Source: Phoronis australis
Taxonomy: Eukaryota > Animalia > Phoronida
Reading direction: 5' to 3'
Assembly: GCA_002633005.1 (NCBI GenBank)
Contig: NMRA01000060.1
Location: 554,016 to 618,015, forward strand
DNA: 64,000 nt
The translations under genes were made by a program, and so were the position numbers. Positions 9,636-21,600 of this stretch are shown piece after piece. Position 1 is the first letter of the stretch; each line of letters opens with the position of its first letter. A model generated the notes under the pieces. That model ran no database searches. It was not told the DNA's origin and saw only the letters and a program-made list of their open reading frames with translations.

Positions 9636-12600
9636 GTGAGTCTCGTCCAAGCATTTGCATGTTCTTGATCAGAGTTCATTCTCAACTTAACTTTTTATGT
9701 GCTCTGGTCAGGAGAGCTATTCCTACGTGCTCGAATGTCCAGCTAAGAGATGTGACTGTCCAAAGCTTGTATTAGGCACAAAACATCATCTCTTGTACGT
9801 CCAATTTCTCTGTTACAGTTCTAATTCTGTGAAATAATTGCTCGGATTTTATTTATTTGTTCGTGTTTTGAGAAAATGCGGTTTAAACGAGGCCTTTTGA
9901 AAATCGTAATTTAAATTATTAGGATTTTCTCAACAGCATTCTTCGAATAATATAATACGACGAGCGGTCTTACTATAGAATTGTGACCACTCACGTGAAA
10001 CTCTCGAATAGCCTTACTAACGTCTTGTATCGAATTCCACTGTGAGTAAATTTGTATATTTCTCGACTGTTTTACAGTACTTTTTATGACGAATAGAGTA
10101 ATGCAACCCAGAGAAACTTGTTAAGAATTAGACAAGAACAAATAACATATGAAATTCCGACGGCACGTAAACGAGGCAGAAAAATGTGCCTGACGGATGT
10201 TTACGGCATTGTGGGTAAATGAAAGCGAGATTCGAGTATCGCTAGGTAGAGTTCAGTAACTCTAGGACCTACGCTAGAACCTCGCTAAAATCCAGCCAAA
10301 AGCCTGTATTCTTATTTAAAATACACGGCAATATCTCACATAATCTAGCAAAGCCTTACTTTTCAGCAAGGTCCTAGCATTTCCGAACTCTATCCGGGAC
10401 GGCTGTATTTCTACATACATTTCCGTCCATACAAGGCCATCGTTGTTATGTGATTATTATTTTATTTATTTATTTATTATAGTGACATAAGGGTACCAGT
10501 AAATACAATATCAATGACAGATTATACACCACATCCCCCAGCCTCAATAGGCTTACTCAGTCACCTAATAATAATTAAATCAGTACATAACAAATTGCAC
10601 AAGCTCAAATATGACCACTTCAGACTAGTTTATATACAAACAATTATTTCTAACCTGCAAAGCGTCTTGAATGAATTTCGCTAGACCTTTCAAGTTATTT
10701 TGGAATATTTGAGGTGGGGCAGAACGCCGTAAAAATATAGTCGAATGTGAGTATATTTTTCACAATCAAAGATGAAATGAACTTCATCTTCAATTCCTTT
10801 TTTACAAACACGACAAATCCGTTCATTCACAGGAATTCCGAAGTACCGCCCCACCTCAACCTCTAATGGTAGAATACCTGCTCTCAATCGAGCTATGACG
10901 GATCTCTGAGACACCGGCAGACGTAAATACTCTTCTACACAATAGTCATTCTTAATAGATCTATATAAGTACAGTTTTGGTTTCTCTGTGATTATTTTTA
11001 ACCAATTTAACTCTTCTAACTGGAACCTGAATGTTCTGAAGTTTTCGAGAGACACAACTTGTTTGTTCCTGAAATTTTCTAAAAAGTCGCACTTCTCCAT
11101 AATTTTAAATATTAAATTTGACCAGTTGCAGGAGTTCCGATGTTTAAGGTCCCATAAAAAGACTTTTTTGCAATTCTGCTTTCATCCATTAGAACTAAAC
11201 GATTCCAGAGCCGTAGCATATTTTCCTGTTGTTTGTAGTGAATTTGGCCAACCCGTGTCGCCATAAAGTACTGCATTGGCAGCATACTTGTGGACCCCTA
11301 AAAATATACGTAGTGCTCTCGTTCTGATCATTTCACATTTGGAGTATTGAGAGTATCCCCAAATTCCAGATCCATATTCTAGAATTGAAGCTACGGACAT
11401 TTCAAAACATTTACTGTAACTGTTGAAACCCATGTTACCAATATGTTTGTACTTGCTCACCAGAGCTCCCAACGCTCTGGACGCGGAGTCTGCCAGTACC
11501 TCAGCTGTCAAAGTGAAATCCATAAACTCATTCAGAGTTACACCCAAATACTTATAACATTCTTTTAAATTCACAATGCGATCGCACAAAATGAATTCAT
11601 AACTCGTTCTTACATTTCCCCTCTTGCGAAAATGAACCACATCAGTCTTGGAAAAATTTACAGACATTTGCCACCTTGTTATGTGATATAAGTTGGTTTG
11701 ACATCTCTGCCTATAAGAAGAAAGCAGACATATCTAACCATTGCGTAACGGAATTTCATGGTAAGGCAGGGTTTTTGTCTGCTTCTTAACTCAACTTCAA
11801 CCTCAGTTCAGGTGAGCAGTATGCTTGCTTTTGCGGCAGGATTGAAAACTACACCTTTGAATCTGACATTTCAATGATCCAGAGAGTTCCTCACTTTTGC
11901 AGCACTGTTTTCTTGTTTTTGTTACAGCTACCGAGAGTGAAATGGAACTCTCAAATGGTTGGTTTTCTCCATTCCATATTTTACATAGGCTATTTAGTGA
12001 CCCAAATCCCGGGAGGGCTGCTTATAACCAAGGCAGGATTTGCTGGTAATAAGTGAGTAAAGTGACACCACGGGTGTGTGTTTTCCACATTTATTCTTTT
12101 CCAATATTAGTGCAATCGTTAATTAAATATTCATTAAGCTGCAAGGGAAGTCTACAATCAGACATTTCAATTGATTAAGCAGGACATCGAAAACTGGCCA
12201 CGAACATCATTTTCACACGAACTTAATCCGTAACATGATTTACCACTTTAATTCTTCCCTCGAATATATTTTTGTTATTCTTATTGTTTTGATCTGTCTG
12301 AGTAGATTTAGCAATGGTTCTTCATCACAAGAAAACATGATTTCAACTCTCAAAATGGCAGCAGACACGCCAAGTGAAACGCCAAGAAAACAGCAAACAC
12401 AAAACGACCCATAGCAGTAGTTGAGAACATTTGAAGGTACCCGCAGAAGAAGTACGTATCTGCCTCACTTACGTACAATACGAGAGTAGTGAACGGGACA
12501 TCATTTTACAGAGCTGGGTGGAAAAGTCGCTATACTAATCTGCTAACAGGCCAAACCCGTGTTCAGTATTCTGTTCACTGAAGTCTGTCCTCGATCTTTA

Positions 12601-15600
12601 TTAAACTGCTTTTCACATTAATACTATCAAACACGTGGTTTTTTAGTTAAAACAAAGCCTGATCGTATCCCTTGTCGCCGCATAGAGTTCATGTACAGAG
12701 GACAATAATACAGAAACACCAATTTACTCAATCCATATTATTGGTCAGCCACACCACTCTCAGTAAAAGGGTGACAAAAGTGCAAAACTGACAATTTCAG
12801 CCCAAAACCACCATTAGACGCTGCCAATGCTTTGACACAGATACCACAAATGTCACTTTAGTCAAAACCTGCTGTCTTCCTATCAGATGTGTTTTAAATT
12901 CTCGGGTGCTTGAAGACAACCCAGTGACATCGCAGTAGATTTCAGTCGCTGGCAAAGAAAATCAATACCATTACAGGGGTCCACAATTTTGAAGAAAAAT
13001 CAACAGCCTGCCAAATAGACTGTCCTGATTCACCACAAGTTGCCATCCACAAGCAAATCAGATCTCCTACTTGTAATGGGTACTTCAAAACAGTTGCCAA
13101 ACTTGGACACTGCCCCAAAAATTCAATTTCTAAGGACTGCAAGTTGTCTGCGGCTTCTCAAGGCCACCTGATACTCAGGCCGGGGTGGAAATGACTCCAT
13201 ATCCACCTCTCCAATTTCCAGCTGCGATCTCCTAAATCCCTGTCCAACAAAAACCAAAACGACGGTAGAAATACTAACCTCTTTATTCCAACCGCGCAAA
13301 GACAATACTGCATACCGGTTACCGTCGCTGACCAAACTCCGTACCCGGGACCACACTTCATTCCCACACTTGTGGTACGAAAACATCATTAATCAAACGA
13401 GCTGAAATTATTTTTAAGTGCAAAAAATTCTCCAAGCTTTCTCTCCGATGCAAATCCTTTTCTGCAGCCTCAGGCTCTTTGGTAATGAACAAGCAAACAT
13501 GCGTTTCTTCTTCGCAGCAGAGATTACGTCTAAATAAAAACTGATGACGGCATAAGTTCTAAGGAAGAATCTAATTGAAAACACCGTGCTTGCAAGCACT
13601 TTAATTCGTTTATATGGAGCGTGTGCATGTAAAACTAAACACGTTTGATCGATATTTGTGGGAGAACAAAGTAAATGAATTAACAGAGATGCAACGGAAG
13701 TTAGGAAGAGTACTTATTGATCGCTTCATCTAATTTGTTTTCTCCATGTAGTTTTTTCTAAGAGCGAGGCACAAAGCGTGTTATATGACCACTAAACGAT
13801 TGTTTAACGAAAAATTACACGTCGGGTTCGTTTTAGATCTTACAGTATGTTTGAAAAATCATTTGAGCCAAGTCGCAATTGGAATTACGATGGAGATAAA
13901 TACTATGCATATTTGAGTTGCGTAATGTTGTGTTCATAAACTGGTTAGACATAACTTGTCTTTACATATTAAATTTGTGTCCTGAATTTGTTTCAGAATG
14001 CTTTTTTGTTCCGTTCTTCTGTCAAGTTGTCTGAACATGCTGCTCCCTCTAGCGATCGATGATGTAGGCTTCGCGTTCACGTGCTTCGTTCGTTTCTTGC
14101 AGGGCATAAGCGAGGTACTTGTTGATTCTTACGATTAGTTGGGCTATTGTTTAGAGCCAGTGATAGTTTAATGTAGTTTAACAATTTGGGAAACTCTAGA
14201 GTTGTTTTCTGTGTTTTGTTTCTTGCTTTAAGTAGCGCAATATTCTGAAGCTTCAAGTGAGTTTAATTCATGAGTCTAAAAGAGGACACAATGAATTACA
14301 AAGCTATATCACATTTTGGTAAGTAGAGTTGAAAAAAAAATAGTCGATGCACACGAAATACGTATGAACACACTCCTAGTTTATTTTGAAATCTTAGTAA
14401 CCAGAGTAATTAAAGAAATGTATAGAGTTGCCATAGTGACGCTCTGGACCTTCGGGATTATTTCGGGCAAACGAACACGCTTTACTTTTTCTCGGACGTC
14501 TGAGCATTCGGACTTGTCTTCTTTCGAATTTGTTCGGAATTGTAAACCTTACGTCAAATTTTTCGTAACTTGTGTCTGCATGAGGACTTTCGCACTAATT
14601 AGTAAAGCATCCATTGGCATCGCTGAGCGTTCAAATGTTAGTTTATGATACAATTTAGCATTTCTTCGTCTTGGTCGCTGTTCACTAAACTTGTGTACCA
14701 GTGTTTTCTGTAGTGGTGTCATCATGCACGCTGGCCGGGACGTTGCCTTTTACGTAAATAAAGCAGTAATATTTTCTGCTACTGTGTTTGGCTTTCGCTA
14801 CATTGCCTGAGTTCGCCTTGTGTTATTTAGCTACACTACCTAACTCCCCCCAAAACACCCAACTGTTGGCATCATCGCCCATGGATTCGCAGCTCCCAAA
14901 TTGCCTTTTGACGTTCCCAACATAGGCGGCACTTCTTTCCAACAATCCATACATTGTAGGTTTCAAATGTGCCTGCCACTTTTCGTAAATCCCCCAGAGT
15001 TCGATGTTCACTGGTGCAAACGTGCCACTAAATATTGTTACTTGGAATTCGGATGCATGTTTATTCTATCTGAGTTTGGAACATTTGTTAGAACTGGCTC
15101 TGCCAGCATCTCTCATGTGACCAACATTTACACCAAAAAACAGTCAACAAGCCGAGAACTGCTGCTAGGGGTACATGACGTGTTTTAGTCGTGATAGAAC
15201 GGCCCGAAAATATTTTCTCCATTTTCGGGTACGTCGAAATTCCTGAGTAAACCACAAGCTTTTAAAATACACATTAGCTGATGGCGTTGAGATAAGCGTT
15301 GCATAGCTGAAGTCGCTTCGGTCAGATCAGCCGAGTTTGAAGTAACTTTTAGTATTACTACTCGGTGAAGTGGTTTCCTTTGTTTTGAATTTCATATCCG
15401 TTAAGAATTTAATTTTCACTTATAATTTCAAAGTAAATACACAGAAATTAGGGTGGAAAACCAGTAAACCTGAGTTAAAATTCCTGAAAAAGTAACAAAT
15501 ATCACGAATTTATGAATCCGCAACGGTCTAATTTGTGCAGTGCCACAGTATTCTGAGTAATCCGTTCTCGTGGGTCTCGTGAGCACATGTGTGAACTGTA

Positions 15601-18600
15601 AAGTTTCGTCGTTTTTTGCCGTTAAAAATGAGAGCGGCGAGTGACCGTGTTCAAGCACATACATTTTGTGTCGTAAAGCGAAAATCCCGATGAAAATCGA
15701 CTAATTTCAAGAGTTTAAGATTTTTGTCGGAAGTCATGGCGAAAATCCGAAAGGAAGAGGAACGAAAAATAACACAATTGTTGAAAATTTACCGAAAGTT
15801 TTTGCTTCAAAATTCCATCTACTTTCCAAGAGAATTATCGTGAACTTTTTAAGACCACGACATTACGATCAATGCTGCACGGCGGTTCGACAGCGACATA
15901 AATATTTGGTGGTTATACCATCCACCAACACGCGTGCGCTACAGTTCTGTATCCGTGTTCGTTAAAAACGAATTGTAGAAACAGTATAGTGGAGCGATCG
16001 AACGTCATAAACGACAGGTACATTATTATATTGTGCTTTTCCTGGACCTTGCTAATTCTGTATATGTTGGGATCACTTAACAAACTTGCCGAAAAAGTGC
16101 TGTTCTGTATAAACGTAATGCCGCCGAAAAAAAGTTTCATTTATGAAAATTGTATCGACGTTCAAGGCATCTCACCATTTAAAAGTAGTTCCATTGCCAG
16201 AGCCGAGTGGATAACTAACTATTGAAATCGCTGATAAAATCGTGTCAAGTTAGTAGTCGCTGTAACCCTGAGATTCTAACACGATCTGTCAGTCAGCTTA
16301 CGTTATACACTCAGTGTTACGGTCCACTGCTTCGCAATGTACATGTAAGATTCGACTCTGACTGAATTATGATTATGGAAGATTCGTTTCTATTATATAA
16401 TTCCCGTCTCGATACCTCAAAGTATTCAAACTTGTATTGTTCACATTTGTTGCAACGCATCCTTTCAGGCCATTCTAGACAAGAGAACTAACGTCCGCTT
16501 TATGTGTTAATACAAATCGCCAATTCTCCGCTCCGTTGTCTGCCAGACATTCGCTAAAGCCCAAGGGAGGTGTCTTTGCCATTAAGGATATCTAGCAGTT
16601 ACCGGTGCTTTCGCCCGGGTAGCAGCTAGTGGGAAGCGCCGAGGGGAAATAGTGTAAGGCAGTAGAAATTTCTTTCCAGAACACAAAGTATGATAATCAT
16701 ATATTCTTTAGTGAAAACTGATATTGTATTTACAAAAGTTGCTTTATAAATGTACATGATACTGAGGTGGAAAGCTAGCTAGCTGTATGCTGACGACTGT
16801 GTGTAGAGCTCAGTTAGACACCGAAATTCCACGTAACTTGACCCGGGTGTTCAGCTCGTCACTTCAGTCGTCGTGGCTTGAAACTTATATATAGAACTAA
16901 CGACCTGTAGGGGTGCATGCAGAATCTGGGAATGCTCCGAGACTCACCTTGCCAGTTACAGCCGTTTATAGAAGTAAAAAAAAACAATGTAATAAACGTT
17001 ATTTTTCGTAATTCTCCGCCTTTTGTAACAAAGAAAAATCTGTCGTCGTTTTGACCAAACAGTGCCTACTCGTGACACGCGCACGTACGCGCCTTTTCCT
17101 AAAATTTTGCGATATCTCTCGAGAGTTTTTTCTGAAATTGGGTTTTCTGCTATTAAAATATCAAAAACGTGTAACGAAATGAAACCTCTTCTGATTGATA
17201 TGACATGTACCCAACCTCACTTGTTGATTGAAGAACATGGAAATTGGCCAATAGGTGACGCAGTGGCGCCCAAAAGAGCGCATCGCAATTTTAGCAGCAG
17301 AAAAACTATAAAACGTCAATTTTCCAACACCCGTAAATAATTAGTTTACTGAAGGAAGAGTAATTTTTTTAATGAGGCATCATTCATTTTGACGGCGACA
17401 GGCCCGATGAATTATATACTCGACAGAAGCAGGAGGGAGTGAAATTAAGCTGACGGAATGACGTCACCCAGGCCATTGAGCTGACCGACGCAGTGGAGTC
17501 ACCAAGGCCAGTATGAAACTGGCCACCCCCCCTCCGCGTCCGCAAAAAAGCGGCCCGCGAGAAAAAATAGAACACTTCGAATCCAAATAGGGGGCCGGTG
17601 CAATACCCGGGACCAAGGCGGTGCCGAAACGGGCGCTACGAAAGTCTGTAGTGGAGCGGGGGAGACGGAGTTTGTGCAAACGATGCATTTTATATAATAG
17701 ATGCCACTCAAAAAACCAACCTAGTTTGTATCAATTTATATCGAGTAGGCTGTCGATATCAGCAAGTACAGCTCTTTTACCTGACATCTGGCGGCAGAGG
17801 TTCGAATGCAGTCTGTTCTAAACTAAACTTCCAGTCACGAAAAGACTATAATAGTAAACCAAAGAAAAAATGTGCACTTGATTATTTGACGAATTAGTCG
17901 CGAAACTGCAAGTCTACTTATTAACACGTCGCGGGCCGTGAAGTCAGGTTAACCTCATCCCACGGAACTGCCAGGGCAAAAGTTGTACTATATCAAAGAT
18001 TCGAATCATGTATATGAATGTCTAAATAAAGATTCCCCTAACATCTGACCACAGGATTTAAAATCGAGTTATTGTTTCATAACAGCTTTCTGTCAGCAAA
18101 CATTGAATTAGCATGCGCTCACACTGCCTCGGTACCCGGTCAATTAGTTTATTGCCGGCATCTAAAGCCGGTAACGCAGTGATTTATTCATTGCTGACTT
18201 CTCAAAACATTTGCACTCACGAACATTCCAAGGCATTACAAATTGTATCTAATGTGACAGGCTTTGTTTCAGTTTTATATAAGCATTGGTTAAGGTGAGA
18301 ATAATTTATTTTGAAACAGAACGCACTATAATAAACGTCAACAAGGCAACTCGCAATCCCGACTTAGACGAGTGCTCAACCGACGAAGACTTCACAGGTC
18401 GATCGTTAGGTTTCACAGACTATCAGTTCGAACCGGAATACACTGATCAAGAAATGATAGAGAGGCTCCTTGAACGTGCACAGACAATGGAACATATATA
18501 TGGATACTTCGTTCCGAAAACCGTTTGAATTAGTTATCATGGTGTCAGTGAGCCAACTGCACGATAATGGAAACGGCTGACGCTTGCGTTTCACTGCCAC

Positions 18601-21600
18601 GAAATTTCAGCAGGTGAAGCGCCTTCTTGTAGAAGCGCAGATATGTCTCACGGACCATCCTGAATTTTGCAGCTCAGCTAAAGAGAGGTGTGCTTACGAC
18701 GTTTTTTTAGAAGGCTAAGGAAAAGAACTACCTAAAACACCTTACACCCAGAGTACCAAACAGAAGCCTCATGAACGAATCAGCCATCAAATATAATAAT
18801 ATAAAACGTTATGGTCTCACGCGTTGAATTAATTGTAATTGCTTATGTTTTCATGGCCAACTAAAATTCTCCATAATCAAAAGCTGATCAACAACCGATC
18901 CGACGAAATGCAGACAACTGAAAACACGGCGAAGTTTCACGGACTCATACTTGGTAACGGCGTACTTTTCATTCTTCACTACCTCGAGCCACTTCCGAAG
19001 CATTATGGGCTCTTGAGGAAATCGAAAAAATGATATAACCGCTTTCCTCGCAGTTTCATAGTTCATACAAGCGGTAACGATACGCCACGCCATAGCGGAA
19101 CTAACTCTGCAGAAGAACCACTGACGTCGCCGCGTGGTTTCTCACCTTCCTCACAGGTTTAACGCGACTCCACTCGGCGAGGTGAGATCGACCGTGTACC
19201 AGATGATGTGGATATTGACCGATTAAGACACTAAAAAGACTAATTAAATCGGGTGACATTCTCCTTTAAGTACGCTGAACGTCACACTCCATGTTGGCTA
19301 ACTTCCCAACTTGACATGTCTCAGAATGGATAAATTGTCTGAATTTGTGCTGAATATTGGTTTACCTTTGCATCTTTGAAGTTAATATTCAGTTTGTTGA
19401 ATTTATAGGCATAATTGTCAAGTGAGCAGTTCACCAATTCTACAGTTTAAAACGTAGGGTGTTCATAATTTTGCAGGGCGTGGTCTTTCCTTCCTTTTAC
19501 TCGATATTAAGTCACTGGACAACACCTGGTGAAATTGGACGTTTGGGTGGCCTAGCCATTACAGGTACGGACTTGAGTACAGTTTGTTCAATGGTACTTG
19601 TACTACGTCAGGAGCCATTACAGGTACGGACTTGAGTACAGTTTGTTTAATGGTACTTGTACTACGTCAGGAGCTAGTTTCGTAATGACAAGACATTGAA
19701 ATTTTTGAGCTTAAGTCTCTGGGCTACATTAAATCCCTAGCCCTGCTAACCAGATGTTTATGAACATTCCAGGCTGGCTGGCTGATGTGGAACATCCTTT
19801 TGTACTACACTCCTTACTGACTGTTATAAGCCGGCGACTACCGCGTTGAATGCGCGTGATGACTACTACAGGGTAACACAGCCCTAGAACTATATCAGCC
19901 GATTTCATAAAGGTGGTTTAACAAAACCAGGTTTAAGACTTAAACCTGGTCTTCCTAAACCTGGTCTAATTTTAGACCTAACTTGCATTTCACCAACATG
20001 GTTTAAAAGTCTTAAAGCCTGGTTTTGCTAGACCAGGGAGCTGGTTCAGTAGAACCAGGTTTAAAGTATCAAAGGCACCCAACTGTGTCGAGCTGGGTAA
20101 ACCCAACAAAGAAACTATTGAAGTGTTTCAATGAAACCTTGATCATGTGGGTATAGAATGGCATACACCAGTAGAATCAGTGCAGACATTAACGACAAAG
20201 GTCTAAAAGCTTTTCTCATGAGGAAAAATGTTATTTGTGTGCCCAACACACACACATTAAAGAACATGCTGATGATTAGATGTAAAATGATAAATGCCCA
20301 AATCTATTTCCGTGTTATTTTAGTGTTTATTTTTCACGGCCAAAGGGGGGGCAAGACCCCTTCCCCGGCAGCATTGAATCGGAGAACAGTGGAGGTGAAA
20401 CTCAGTCAGAAGAATCAGAGGATGCTGTCTTAAGTCAAATCCGTAGGGCTTGCGACGATGAGACCTGCTTGACCAGTCGTATTCTGAGGAATCCGCAGGA
20501 CACACTCCATGGCCAGCACGTACTGGTCTACGCATAGGCGGATCCAGGGGGGTCAAGGGGTCCGGAGCCCCCCTTTTCCCTTGATTTTAATGATATCAAA
20601 TCTATAATTTTCAAATTGTTGACTTGGTCCCCCTTTCAAAAAGTCCTTGACCCTCCGCTCCCCTTTAAAAAATCCTGGATCCGCCCCTGCTACGTTTGAT
20701 CTCGTGTCGTAGTAAACCTGAATATTGGAAATAGTCCATTTTCGCTCTAAAACTGCGTCGCAATTGCACACCGCGGCATCGTTCAGTTGTACCTATACCA
20801 TGCAAGTCTGACATATTTAACAGTTAAACCTGGGTCTGACCAAGTCTAAAGTTAAACATAGTTTAAGATCTTAATACAGGTCTAAAGGATATAGACCTCG
20901 TTGGTGAAATGAAAACTGACTTAGACCAGGTCTAAACTGGAGTTAAACCAGGTTTTACAAGACCACTGGTCTAAAAGTTAAACCACCTTTATGAAATGCA
21001 GATTATCATTAAACCTGGTCTAAGTCCAGTTTAAACCAGGTTTAACTTTAAACCACCTTTATGAAATCGGCTGTATGTGTCTATACTGTAGTAGAGCGAA
21101 GTAATGTGTAAATGTCTTAAAATCGACCAACAATCAAAACAGCAGAAGTTTTTTCGGTATAGTTGCCAGCATGTAGTGATGTGCAAGCTTTTTTAATTTC
21201 CGAATTGAACGTGATTGCCGAATATTTGTTCACTCAGTGCACGCTTTGATTGTGATTTGGTGGACTGACATGCATGTGATGTGTGCGTTTTCATTCTTTT
21301 GATAGGAAGTCCTCTGTGTTTGCTCAAAAAGCAGACATTTCAGTCACTACAAGTGTATCCCGTTTTCATGCACTGAGAAAATCCTGCCGACGAGCCAGTT
21401 TTAATCATTCGGTAAAAGTAGGACTGGACCTAATAAAAATATTTGGTCGACGAAGAAAGTTCTTCTCTTGTAATTTTTTATCAATGGTGTTCAACCTCGC
21501 AGACTTCATGCGAAATGAAAGAAATTTCCACGATTACTCACTCACTCCAAGGTTCACTATTGCAAAATGATATTCACAAGTCCGACAGTTTACTACTCTC

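Noticed and set aside
12900-13390. Possible LTR-retrotransposon integrase tail (PLQVGDLICLW)
   Set aside because: A single weak motif, with no LTRs or other pol motifs.
19910-20070. Regularly recurring AAACCTGGT palindromes as a CRISPR or operator array
   Set aside because: They are subterminal repeats inside a TIR-bounded transposon.
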